From NCBI GenBank assembly GCA_964016885.1, contig OZ024740.1, positions 352,036,001 through 352,100,000 on the forward strand: DNA of 64,000 nucleotides, in the 5' to 3' direction. The DNA is from Eledone cirrhosa (taxonomy: Eukaryota). Made by a program: the position numbers and the translations under genes. This document shows, piece after piece, positions 19,307 through 33,367 of the stretch. The first letter of the stretch is position 1. Each line of letters opens with the position of its first letter. The notes beneath the pieces were generated by a model, which ran no database searches, was not told the DNA's origin, and saw only the letters and a program-made list of their open reading frames with translations.

Positions 19307-21812
19307 CTGTTTGCAGTGAAAAGGTTCAGGACTACTGCTCTAAACTAAACAATTAAACATCATGTTTATCTTGATGAGTTCTGCCATCCTAACTAACAAA
19401 GCTCTATTAACCTAACGTGTAGATAATTATTGATTTTTAACATAATGATAATAAAGATCATCATCATCGTCATGAACATGGACACAAGATCAAAAATTGG
19501 GGTAAAAAGCTACTGTCAATTAAACTGACTCCAGTACTTCACTGAAACCTTATTTTATTGATCCCAGAACAATGAAAGGCTAAGTTGACAATGGCAGGAT
19601 TTGAACTGAGAATGTAACAAAGTACCTCAAGGCATTTTATCTGTTGCTATATTGATTCTGCTAAAATTAGCAACCAAATCTCTCTTAAAAAAAGATGGAA
19701 TGCCTTTGATCATAAGTCTTCTCAATCAGTACTTGGGGCTAAACAATAACAACACCCCACCTACTATCCTTTTTAATTAATAATTTTTAAAATGTAATCA
19801 ATGTACACCAACATCATCATCAGGCTTATGAACATAAATTTACATAATTTTCTTTGCTACACTTGATAGTATTATTAACTATACATCACCTAAAAAATGA
19901 GAAATCAATATACATACATACTAGAGATACCTATACAATTATAGCATTACATTAGCTAGTTGATATTAATATATGTGGGTGTGTATGTGTGTGTATGAGA
20001 ATAAATGTATATGTTAATATGCATGTGTGTGTGTAAAGAAAGAGATAGAGAGAGGAATTCCTGCTGTATAATGGCCTAACAAGTGCTGTCAATATGTGTC
20101 AGCTGATCTCGGTGTTCAGCAGATTCTATATGGGTCACTCAACCTGCTGGAAACAACAACTAAATTTCCTTCAAATCAGTCAGAATGAACATGGTTGGGA
20201 TGTTTCTGCTTAATCAGGGCTGACGTGGGCTTAACAACAAACAAGTAAATATTAGCTATAAACTGGAAGCCCATTCAATTGACTTAAGTGCATGGCTTTG
20301 TGCCAAAAATTAGAATTCTTATTAAAAGAGCAGGGAGTGACAAAAGGGTTGAGAATAGAATTGGTTTAATACACATGCAAAATAAATTGCCAGGGGATAT
20401 TTAGTCATGCATGTCCCTGAGTTCAAATCTCATTGTGGCTGACTTTGCCATCTATTCTAGTGAGGCTGGTAAAATAGGGAGCAGGAATATACTGGAAATC
20501 AATTCTATCAACTATACTACATTCTCCTCTATAAATTTGCACTTTCGTGCTGAAAATTTTAAATCATTATTTTCGTTATTTTTATCCACTTAAATATATG
20601 ATATGGTTCCATAATTCTTGATGGGGTTGTAAGAGCGCTGCAGTGGCATACAGCATTTCTTGGGCATTTTAAGCATGGCAGAGGCCACCTCTCTCCAAGT
20701 CTGAACACAGTAGATTTCTTCCAGAGAAAGATAGAGAGTGAGAAAGAGTTATAGAGGTAGAATTGACCCAGTACTAGACTGGTACTTATTTTATCGATGA
20801 AAGGCACATTTGACCTTGGCAGAATTTGAACTCAGAGAGCTGGAACATAGCATTCTATCCGACCTTCTAACAAATGTCAATTTGCTGCTTTGTCTGTATA
20901 CCTTAATCTTCTGGAGGCTCCAGGTGCATTAAGTCACTGATAGACTAATCTCCCTTTAATACATAATGCAATGTCAAGGGAAGCAATTCATAAAAATTTC
21001 TAGTGTGCTAAAGATTAAATATATCCCCACCTATTGAAAAAGCAAAAGTGGCTAAGCACAAGTTAAAATTACTTTCCATGTTTAGTTACAAGCTTTTACA
21101 TTCATCATCATTATCATCATCGGTTTACATATGCTTCCCATGTTAGCATGGGTTGGACTAGTTGTCATGATCCAAGTTAGTTCTTATTCAGAGTTACTGC
21201 CCTCGTAAATTAGTTACAGGACTACATCTTGCTCATACATTCCATTTTAGACATGGTTTATATGGCTAGATGCCCTTTCTAGTGTCAATCCTTTTATAGA
21301 GTGTAGTGGCTGCATTTTATCATGGCAGCAGCAGTAGAGAACTTTAGGATTCTTTTGATCCTACATTATCTCTGTTCATTCACAAACCTCTTTACAAAGT
21401 GTTTGGGGTGAATTCTATCAAGACACCAGCACTAGAGAGATTGTCTTGCAGCCCTCAAGACAACTTACTTCTCCAGGCAGTTTATATACTGAGTAAAAAA
21501 ACAGTTAAGGTTAACTTTGATTTTCATCATAAACATGACCTCTCTAGTGTTGGTGATTTAAGAAATAAATGCACCCAGTACACTCTGTAAAGTAGTTGAT
21601 AATAGGAAGGGCATCCTACCATAGAAAACCTGCCAAAAAAGGGGTTGGAAAGGCTCTTCAGCTATGACTTGTGTAATTGCCACAATAAAATGCACTCAGT
21701 AGAGCATGAAATTGTATGTCAGAGGCTCCACTTGAGTACTGTCTGGGATGTGATGACATATCCAACCCTTGCTAGCAGGGAAAACAGATGTTGAATGAGG
21801 ATGATGATGATG

Positions 21813-21902
<90 letters not shown>

Positions 21903-22131
21903 CAAAAAGTAAACGAAAATGACAAAGCAAACAATACAATACAATGAAGAAGTATATTAGTTTAGTGTTTGATATAGCAAGTAAAGAGTCTTTACTTTTC
22001 GAACACTAGTCCTTCATCAGAAAAGAGAATGAGGTATAATCAATGAAATAGAAAGATAGAGAATGAGAAAAAGGAGGAAGAGAAAACAAGAGAAAACAAG
22101 CACATGTGTATACAGTCAGCCATTTTGGAGA

Positions 22132-22167
<36 letters not shown>

Positions 22168-22469
22168 TACAATACTGGAGGCGTTAATCAACATTTGATA
22201 TTTATATTAACCGATGAACGCAGTTGATCTCTGTGTGAAACAATTTTTTGTGAAACCTAGGTATGGACTAATATAAACAGAATTACATAAAGATACATTT
22301 TCAAGCATTGCACATTTCTTCTCCAAACTTTATATATATATATAAGACCTGCCTCCCCTTGCTCACGTACTCAAACATACTTCCAGTAGGCACCTCTTAA
22401 TCCACTATACCCCCTTCCATACACCCCCACACCCTCTCTCACTTCTGTCCACCAACCTTACACTGTGAA

Positions 22470-22711
22470 GTTATGTTGGTATCACAAAAATATCCAGCCC
22501 ACACTGTAAAGTGGTTGTGTAAGAGTCACAACAAAAAGCACCCAGCACACACTGTAAATGTGGTTGGCATTAGGAAGGGCATCCAGCCATAGAAATCTAG
22601 CCAGAAACAGTTGTATATGAGCAAGACACAGTCACCCGACCTAACTTGCTTCAAATAGGAGAACTTGTCTAACCCATGCTAGCATGGAAGATGGACGTTA
22701 AACGGTGATGA
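22470..22711 (+). mobile_element. Solo RTE 3'UTR/tail fragment
   Basis: CACACTGTAAATGTGGTTGGCATTAGGAAGGGCATCCAG...CCCATGCTAGCATGGAAGATGGACGTTAAA-(GAT). Confidence 0.75.
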
Positions 22712-22733
22712 TATATATATATATATATATATA

Positions 22734-23303
<570 letters not shown>

Positions 23304-24419
23304 GTTATCTCTGTTATCCATCATATATACTTAGATATATCATCATGTTATCATTTCTACAGAGGCTTTTTCAAACTACCTTGGGTTGGATGTGGTCTTT
23401 TATCACATTCTTTGTAAAGCTCAGAATCCTGAGTAATATCATTTTTTATCTGTTTGTATAAGAGGCATCTCTATATGTGCAGTTATACACATGCACAAAC
23501 ATATACATGTGTTTGTGTGCATGTATGTATATGTATATGTGCATATGTGAATATAAACAGAATTATTAGTAGTTAATATTGCACAACTATGTTTACGCAT
23601 GTGCATATATATGAATATATGACTTGGTTATTTTCACATGTATTTATATTAACTATTTTCACATATGTATTTTTATATTAAGGCCTTTTTATGTGATGTG
23701 ATGGAGAACTGGCGATGCATTAACATCATCATATATTTTTTATTTATGTATACATATATATCGTCCCTTATATGTTTAGTAGCATAATTATTTCCACATA
23801 TGCATTTATGTGATACATGTATTTCAACACATGTTGCATACCATCTTACAAACGTAATTATATAAACATCAATTCATTCATACAAGCACATACATACACA
23901 AATGTTGAGACTGTATATTCTTATGTATATATTAACTTGATATTGAACAAAACTAGGTCTACACTCTTCAGATTCCACCCACAAAATCTATGACACCCAC
24001 TTGGCTATATAGAGATATATATTAATTTATTATAAATGTATAAATATATTTATACAAAAATATATCCACCCACAATATGATCGTTATTTTTACACCCGTT
24101 TCTTCCTGCTGGCATGAGTTGAACAAGGCTTTCTTTTAGACAAGCAGTAGTCTTCGGCTGGATGCCCTTTCTGACATCAAATATATCATCATCATCATCA
24201 CCATTTTACGTCCGTTTTTCCTTGCTTACATGGGTTACACCCCACTATACACACACACAAGTTTGGCAGTGTAAGCAGGAGAGTCATAGCTCAAAACATG
24301 GGTGGATTAATGTATAATTTATTATAATGCTGTGGCTATACCTATGATTCGAGGGCCAGGAGTTTCGTGCTTAATGCACTCTTCAAAACTGGTTTGGATG
24401 AATGGTTACAATAGATTAT

Positions 24420-24433
24420 GTATATATATAGAT

Positions 24434-24485
<52 letters not shown>

Positions 24486-24729
24486 TATGTATGTATATAT
24501 ATATATATGTATGTATATATATATATATGTATGTATATGTATGTATGTATATGTATGTATATGTATATGTATATATATATGTATGTATGTATGTATGTAT
24601 ATATATATGTATGTATGTATATGTATATATGTATGTATGTATATGTATGTATGTATATATATGTATGTATGTATATATATGTATGTATGTATATATGTAT
24701 GTATGTATATGTATGTATGTATATATATG

Positions 24730-24782
<53 letters not shown>

Positions 24783-24832
24783 GTATATATATGTATGTAT
24801 GTATATATATGTATGTATGTATATATATATAT
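24420..24832. repeat. (TA)n/(TATG)n compound array
   Basis: Direct reading. Confidence 0.95.
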
Positions 24833-25265
24833 AACATTTTTGGGGTGGATTCCCAATGGGTATTGAGAGGTGACCACAGTAAAAAATGTACTCAATGCGA
24901 TGGTAGAGTGTGAGTGTGTGTGTATGTATATATATATATATATATTATTGTTATGCTTTGGGAGGGTCATGTTGCCAAGATAAAGTATGTTTTCAGATAA
25001 AGAATCTTTCTAAACAAATTCAGAAACGAAATATATATATATTCATTTATGCTTTGTGGTGAACCACTGGATAGAACTGGTCATTCTGTTTAGTTAATAA
25101 TGATGTAATAGTAGGGAAAGCACTATGTTACACAACTCATCCATTGTTGATGTTGAATCCTGTGGCTGGTACAGGAACGGAGTTAAATTTTAATTTGATT
25201 AAAATAACAGGAGGCAGGACTGGTGATATTCCTTTAAAGTTTTATGTGCGCCATATATATATATA

Positions 25266-25445
25266 ATTAATATAGAAATGGCTTCTACAGGACTAGAAAT
25301 ATTTCGTTCAAAGGAACTCATGATGATTTCCTCCGAATGAAACAGTTCTAGTCCTGTAGAAGCCATTTCTATATTAATCATTTATACTCTGCTATGTATT
25401 GATTACCTTACTTACTGTGGTTACCCCCGATTGCACTTGGGATAA
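25266..25445. mobile_element. Short foldback element (family P3) with a truncated hammerhead-like core
   Basis: Perfect 33-bp outer arms 25266-25298 and 25346-25378, centre at 25322. Homologous to 32858-32985 (-). Confidence 0.6.
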
Positions 25446-25450
25446 ACATA

Positions 25451-25787
25451 TCATCATCATTTCAATTAATGTCCACTTTTCCCTGCTTGCAAGGGTGGGA
25501 CGGGAACTGATTCTGGCTTGATTTCTACAGCTGGATGCCCTTCCTAACACCAACCTCATTTACAGTGAGTGCTGGGTGCTTTTTTGCCGTGGCACCCCCA
25601 TGACCACTTTGCAGTGGAATGATAGGGACCACAATCCCTATCATCTCATTTCTACAGCTGAGTAAACTGGAGCAATGTGAAATAAAGTGTCTTGCTCAAG
25701 GAAACAACACATCACCCTGTCTGAGAATTGAACTCACAACCTTTCAATTGCAAGGCCAATGCTCTAACCACTAAGCCATGTGCCTCC
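25451..25787 (-). mobile_element. Full-length SINE family B
   Basis: Closely similar to 22734-23080 along its whole length. Confidence 0.88.
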
Positions 25788-26299
25788 ACATATATATATG
25801 TATATATACACACATGCACATTATTACTTTTTAATGTCTATTTTCCATGCTTGCATGAGTTCTATGGGGAATTACACACAACATGCAAATATACAAGTGT
25901 TTGTGGGTAAGTTTGTTGTGATTTATTCAGAAGAACAAGATTTACAGATAATGAAATAAAGTACTGAATATTTCAGGAAATTGAATATGATGTATTCTGT
26001 ATTTGGTGACTTGTTTACAAAGTTAATTCTGTTTTGATTCCAAGTAAATCTGTTTACAACTAATCATGTAATACATGCATGTATGTGTATAGGGGTTGGG
26101 GGTTGTTTGAGTATGTGTTTGTGGTTTAATGGTCAAATATATTTAAGTGGTCAATATATACTTGAAGGGAAGTTTTTTTTTTATTTTACTTTTTTTTTCT
26201 TATTAATTAATTAATCAGAAGAGGAGGTAAGGCAGTGCTCATTATTGGTGTAGCCCCTACCCCTGTCCCTCATCATCTGTTAAGATCAACACCAGTGGG

Positions 26300-26525
26300 A
26301 AATATAAAGAATGCTCAAGCCAATAAGGGAGTCTCTACATGGCTGCCTCACATGCTAGAAATAACAGCAAAGTGTCCCTCAAAGTACATCAAACTATTGG
26401 ATAATGTGGTCCTGGGTTCCCTGCATATAAGAAAAAGTTGGGATGGCCATAACTGGAAGCTATTGATCATAGAGCCACTTAATCAGAGTTTTCTTGGAGT
26501 TAAACAACAACAACAACAACAACAA
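26300..26525 (+). mobile_element. Old dispersed repeat (SINE-like, (CAA)n tail)
   Basis: CTAGAAATAACAGC...TTGATCATAG...TAAACAACAACAA. Degenerate relatives near 1-100, 19660, 20130, 33950, 34380, 41200, 47140, 56030 and 61720. Confidence 0.5.
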
Positions 26526-28479
26526 GAGAGCCTTTATATAGTCACTTGATCTGTTAGAAATAGTAGGTAAATGTCTGACCATTCTTTTGGCAAAAAAAAT
26601 AGAGTGGGGAAGAATGTATTGAATACTTTAAGTGTGAGCAAGGCCTATGAGAGCAGAGGGATCCGGTACTTTGTTCCGGAGTCCAAGAGCTAAGAAGGCC
26701 CCACAGCAACCATGCAACATCCATTATGAGAAAAATATTTACCTGCTTCAGGCCCCAAAGGGGTCTTATACCGCCTTGCAAAATTTCTCTTGGAGGCCCT
26801 GAGCGTGAGATAAACTTTGTTTGATTTACCAGATAGCCGTGACTAAAATAACTTTGGTCATACAGTTACTTATTTAGTTCTGACCAACAACATGGGTGAG
26901 TGGTAATTGACTGGGGGGAAACATAAGAAGGTTTGGGAGGGATGACCTAATACAAACAAGATGAAATGACAAGATGGGTATGCAATGGTGGAGATAGTAT
27001 GTAGTTCAGAGGTGTAACTAGGGCCTGGCAAGCATGGCACATGCCATGAAGGGGGTGCCACTTGGATGAAGAGCACATTCTATTAAAGTCTTGTCGGAAA
27101 ATGAAAAAAAACTTCTTCAGATGTATGTTCTGTTTTTAATTATCATGGACGAGAAGCACTATGGTAGCTGGATCATTAAAACATTTATATAAATTATGAG
27201 TCCCATAGGTAAAAATACAGTGTTGGACAGGGGCGCAATTTCACTGCTTGCCATAGGTGCTATTTTCCATAGTTATTCCTCTAATTCAGTGGAGCAGAAT
27301 CCATTGTAGTAGAATTCATAGAAGAGATAGAGAGAAACACAGCATATCTATGGCTTGACATGTGTTAGGGAATTAATGTTTTTCAATCAGTTAGATGGTC
27401 TTTCTGGTGGTGTTTGTATAAAATTGATTTGTGTTTGCACCCCATGAGTGAAGCAGCTATAGACTCTATGTCTGTATAAAGCAATGATGCATTACCCTTT
27501 TCAGAAAGAGATTTACAAAATTCATGAAGAAAACTTCATGGATCATCAAATACAAATTTATTTTTAATTGTATTGTGCAACACAGTAGGATATACTTATT
27601 TTAAGTAAGGATATTAATTATGCATTGTATTGGATGATACATGTAAATTTAGATTCATCATCATCATTTTACATGTTTTTCATGCTGGCATGGGTTGGAC
27701 AGGTTGTTATAGTCCTTGTCAGTTCTGATTTACTGTCCTCCTACATAGGTCAGAGATCACACCTTGCTCATACTTTCTAATCTATTACATAAGACAATAG
27801 ATTGACTCATGAAAGAAATTGACTTCCTTGCTCTACCTTTAGATCCATACAGTGTTTTTGTGGTCACCAGTGATCATCAATATCAACTCATTATTGATAC
27901 CAACAAATGTACAATATGAAACTATGATATGGTTCTCATGAAAAAGATGCTCAAACACATATACAGGCATACACACAGACCTATCTATCTATATACTATA
28001 GATAGATATACAAACAGTTCTCTATGAGCAAGATATGGTCACATGACCCAACTTGCTTCAAATGGGACAACCCATTTAAACCATGCTAGCGTGGAAAGTG
28101 GATGTTAAACGATGATGATGATGGTACATATATATTTATATATAACCTTCTTTGGTATTTCATAATGTTAAGAAGAGGAAAGCATTCTTACAATTTCAAC
28201 CACATTTTACTACAACTGTACCATCAACATGACAAATGTGACAATGTTTATAGTTTACATACAGCTTATTTCATCCTTGTAAATACAAGTGTTCCACCTA
28301 CTTAAGATTTTGAAATATTTGCAAATCAATGTACATGTGCAAATTTGAAGTATATGCACTTCAATACACATATTTCCATGTTGGTTTTGTCTTTTTTTTT
28401 TTTGTTTTTGTAGTTGTATTCTTCCATTCCATCTTCTTGACAGTATTGAAACATTCTGTCAGAAGTTTCCATTGACCAT

Positions 28480-28770
28480 AACCACCACTACCACCATCGC
28501 CAATATGGCCATTATAGCCACCACCACCACTACTACCATCGCCAATATGACCACAACTGCCACTACCATCGCCAATATGACAACAACCGCCACTACCATC
28601 GCCAATATGACCACCTCAACCACCACTACCATCGCCAATATGACCACCTCAACCACCCCCATCATCGCCAATATGACCACCTCAACCACCACCACCATCG
28701 CCAATACCACCACCACCATCGCCAATATGACCACCACCACCACCATCGCTAATATGACCACCACCACCAC
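28480..28770. repeat. Minisatellite, about 30-33-bp unit ACCACCATCGCCAATATGACC...
   Basis: About 9 tandem units built on ACC triplets. Confidence 0.9.
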
Positions 28771-29099
28771 TTTATTGATTGGGTGAACCAGCAATGTTGC
28801 ACCATAAGCCATGCAGCCATACAAATAACACAGCATGCTATCAACAGTGCCAGATGCAAATAAAGAAACAGTACTGCAAACTTTACATCATCATTACCAT
28901 TATCATCACTATAATAAACTTGGTCCAATGTTACTATAGCACATTCACAGCTATTGCACCAGTGTCACCATCACCATCATCATCATCACAAACTTAGCCC
29001 TATTGCTACGATTATCAGTATCATTACTACCACCCACTATCAGTATCATTACTACCACCCACTACGATTATCAGTATCATTACTACCACCACTTTCATC

Positions 29100-30560
29100 A
29101 TAAACTTAACCCCCATCGCTACTACTATCATTATCACAACTCAGCAATATTGTTACCACAACCACAACTACTATAATCTCAACAACATCGCTACCACCAC
29201 CACCACAAGCATCACAACTACTGTAATCATCACAAACTCAGCAACATCACTGAAAACCTCCACCACAGGCATCACAACTACTGTAATCATCACAAACTCA
29301 GCATCATCGCTACCATCACCCCCACCCCCACCCCCCCACCATCAGCACTACCACCCCTACTATAATTATCACAAACTCAGCAAGAACGCTACCACCACCA
29401 CCAATACTACCACCACAACTACTATAGTCATCACAGACAGCATCATTGCTACCACCATCACCACCCCTACTATAATCATCACAAACTCAGCATCATCGCT
29501 ACAACCATCAGCACTACCACCCCTACCATGATTATCACAAACTCAGCAACAACGCTACCTCCACGACCACCACCACAACTACTATAGTCATCACAAACAG
29601 CATCATTGCAACCATCATTACCACCACCACCACCTCTACTATAAACATCACAAACTCAGCAACACCGCCATCATGGCGACCACCACCACCTCAACTATAA
29701 ACATCACAAACTCAGCAACACCGCCATCACGGCGACCACCACCACCTCTACTATAAACATCACAAACTCAGTAACACCGCCATCATGGCGACCACCACCA
29801 CCTCTACTATAAACATCACAAACTCAGCAACACCGCCATCACGGCGACCACCACCACCTCTACTATAAACATCACAAACTCAGCAACACCGCCATCACGG
29901 CGACCACCACCACCTCAACTATAAACATCACAAACTCAGCAACACCGCCATCACGGCGACAACCACCCCCTCTACTATAAACATCACAAACTCAGCAACA
30001 CCGCCATCACGGGGACCACTACCACCGCTATTATAAACATCACAAACTCAGCAACACAGCCATCACGGCGACCACCACCACCACCTCTACTATAAACATC
30101 ACAAACTCAGCAACACAGCCATCACGGCGACCACCACCACCACCGCTACTATAAACGTCACAAACTCAGCAACACCGCCATCATGGGGACCACCACCACC
30201 ACCACCGCTATTATAATCATCACAAACTCAGCAACACCGCCATCACGGCGACCACCACCACCACCGCTACTATAAACGTCACAAACTCAGCAACACCGCC
30301 ATCACGGGGACCACCACCACCACTATTATAATCATCACAAACTCAGCAACACCGCCATCACGGCGACCACCACCACCACCTCTTCTATAAACGTCACAAA
30401 CTCAGCAACACCACCATCACGGGGACCACCACCACCACCATTATAATCATCACAAACTCAGCAACACCGCCATCACGGCGACCACCACCACCATCGCTAT
30501 TATAATCATCACACTCAGCAACAACGCTACCACCACCTTTACTATAATTATCACAAACTT
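29100..30560. repeat. 56-59-bp minisatellite CACCACCACCTCTACTATAAACATCACAAACTCAGCAACACCGCCATCACGGCGAC
   Basis: 15 well-conserved units at about 29625-30500, with degenerate units from about 29100. Confidence 0.92.
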
Positions 30561-31071
30561 GGTATCCTCGCTACCAGCACCACGACAAACCTAGCAGCAA
30601 CATGTCTTAGAACCACTATCGTCATGATAATACTCTGCTACTTTCTCCTCTAAAATCAACTGTTGGTGATTCAAAGTTAGTTATAAAAAAAAAGGTAAAG
30701 GAATGAATGGAAGAGATAATATGAGAAGAGTGGAGGTAAAAGAGACAGGAGATACAGTAAAGTGAAGAAAGAAAGATAGAAAAAGATAACACACTAACCT
30801 ATCTCAAAACAATGTGAAGAGGAGGCATGGTTATAGTGATGTAGGTTGTAACGATGGTGATAACGATGATAAATATGATGATAGTGGTGTAGGTAACAGA
30901 AACAATGCAAAGACTCTTAGCCGGTATTTTAAACACATACTCAAGTAGTTATAGTAAGAAAACATCGATATGAAAACAAGAGAAGACCGGGTGAAAGGGT
31001 GAATGAAGACAGAGAAGAAGAAAAAGAATAACAACAATAAAGAAAGCGAAATTCGCCGCAAATGTTCTCAC

Positions 31072-31123
31072 CTTGTTCATCTGAAGAGAGGGAATTGGCA
31101 CAGCTACAGAATAGTGTCATCAT
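31072..31123 (-). CDS. Candidate coding part of a first exon (MMTLFCSCANSLSSDEQ, phase-1 donor), unidentified gene
   Basis: ATG at 31123 is open to a strong donor AAG|GTGAGA at 31072/31071. It lies in unique CpG-containing sequence. No downstream exon or homology recognised. Confidence 0.3.
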
Positions 31124-31379
31124 TCCATTGGAGAAGCAACTTTCACGCTGCTAATAAGAGCAATTGTTTCCACAACAGGAGTAAGAATAGTAAATGTGGT
31201 GGTCTTCCTCTGGGACTAAGGCATGCAGTCAAAATTCACACCCACTGCCGTTTCTCAGAGAGGCGGAGAGAAAAAGATAGATAGTGCATGAGGAAGAGAG
31301 CGAGGGGGGAGCCAAATAGAGAAAGAGAGTGAGAGTAAACAATGTCAAAACTCCCACTATCAACAAACAAGCCAGACTT

Positions 31380-31520
31380 CTGCTACTCCCACACTTTCGG
31401 TCACGTCCCACCTTCAGTCGAGTAAGCTTTGATTCTAAAGCTATAAAAACGGACTGGCACGGCACTGAGTAAGAGTGTCGGCACCACACCACCGGCACGA
31501 AACGACTCGGCACCGCGGCT
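31380..31520. promoter_or_regulatory. CpG-rich unique patch, possible core promoter
   Basis: Many CpGs in an otherwise CpG-poor window, repeated GGCAC motifs, Inr-like TCAGT on the minus strand near 31467 and TATAAAAA on the plus strand at 31442. Confidence 0.35.
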
Positions 31521-32664
31521 AGAATTTACTAAATGTGACTGAAGGAGAAAAAAAAGAGAAGGAAAAGGATAGACAGGCAGAAAGAGGGAGAGAGAAATAG
31601 AGAGAGAGTTGGAGGGGTGCCAAGCTGAAGTCTACAGTATCCCTATAGGTGTGGTGGTAACGGTGATGGCGATGGTGGCGATTACGTGGAAGAAGTATGT
31701 GTAGTAGTTGATTGTATGTTGATAGTTGTAGATAGAAGCAGATTTCATGCTGTATTGTTTGATGTTGCGTGTGAGCATGGCCATGAAAATGAATAATCAA
31801 ACCGAATATAAATCTCTTACAATGCTGAATGATGCTTGTTGTAGAGGTTTTTAAGGAGCTTCGGTAAAGTTGTAGAAAGAAGAGAAGAGAGAGAAAAAGA
31901 AAACAAGAACAAAAAGACGAAGAAAAATAAATAATTAACTGAACACTTATACAGTTTAGTAGTTATACTGATATTATACAGATATTATATGTTTATAATA
32001 AGGTCTAGCTTTATAGAATATCGATTAAGGGCTGTGGAAAAAAGTTTCAGATTCACATCGAATTACACGCGCTTGTATCTGCTATACATACGTAAACACG
32101 CGCGCGTAAACGTATAATGTACACACGCATGCATATATATATATATATATACACATGCGCGCATACACACACACATACACATGCGCGCATACACACACAT
32201 ATACACGCTCGCATACACACACATATACACGCGCGCATACACACATATACACGCGTGCATACACACATATACATGCGTGCATAATCAGTTTTTCGTTCGC
32301 TTTTCCTTACTTATATATACTCAGCAACTTCACATGCATTGAGTACTACCCTGAGCTACATTCACCCCGGTCTCCAAACGTCAACACTTTATATATATAA
32401 GTGTGTGTGTGTGTGTATACGCTTGAGATTGACAGGCGCGAAAATAAGTGCTCAATACCATAATAGAGATTAATATTTTCGTTATTTAGTCCAAGTTTGA
32501 GTTTTTCCTGTATACTCTCAGGGTCATCAGACAAGACTAAATTTAGAGAGGACGGAGACAGTATATAAAACGCATACCTTCATACACACACACACGTGTG
32601 TTATATATATATATATATTTCCAATTCCAACCCGCCCGTCCCCTCAATCTATCTTATTTCTCAT

Positions 32665-32701
32665 TCTTTCTGATGAAGGACTAGCGTCCGAAACGTTAAG
32701 A
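32665..32701 (+). ncRNA. Minimal hammerhead motif of Penelope type
   Basis: CTGATGA-A-GGAC(TAGC)GTCC-GAAA-CG-TT with a palindromic ACGT stem III. Stem I is weak. Confidence 0.6.
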
Positions 32702-32786
32702 CCCTCTTCCTGCTATATCAAGCGTTAACCTAATATATCCTTTTCATATACTGTACCGATTGTGTTGTTATTTCTGTTTACTTTTT

Positions 32787-32857
<71 letters not shown>

Positions 32858-32862
<5 letters not shown>

Positions 32863-32985
32863 GGTTCAATCAAGGGAAACCACAGTAAGTAAGGTACTCA
32901 ATACATAGTAGAGTATATACAATATTTAATATAGAAATGGCTTCTACAGGACTAGAACAGTTTCATTCGAAAGAAACCATCATAT
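32858..32985 (-). mobile_element. Family P3 fragment between TA arrays
   Basis: Matches 25323-25440 (GAATGAAACTGTTCTAGTCCTGTAGAAGCCATTTCTATATT...ATACTCTACTATGTATTGAGTAC). Confidence 0.65.
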
Positions 32986-33034
32986 GTAAAAGTAATAACA
33001 AAAATAACAAAACAAACGGCACAGTACATGGAAG

Positions 33035-33065
<31 letters not shown>

Positions 33066-33219
33066 ATAATGTCTCATATAAAATAATACAATTTTCCACG
33101 AAATATTGATTAGTTAGCACCCCAAACACTAAATTGGGATAATACTTAAGTATATCCTAATGTTTGTTGAGTGAGATGGAATTGGTCGGAGTATCGCTTA
33201 AGGCTTTCTCTGTTTATGT

Positions 33220-33367
<148 letters not shown>

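Noticed and set aside
28472-28786. Thr-rich mucin-like ORF (TTTIANM repeats)
   Set aside because: An ACC-based minisatellite open on both strands, with no signal peptide or convincing splice sites.
29625-30500. CRISPR-like array (hairpin-containing repeats)
   Set aside because: Units are head-to-tail with no unique spacers, there are no cas genes, and the context is eukaryotic.
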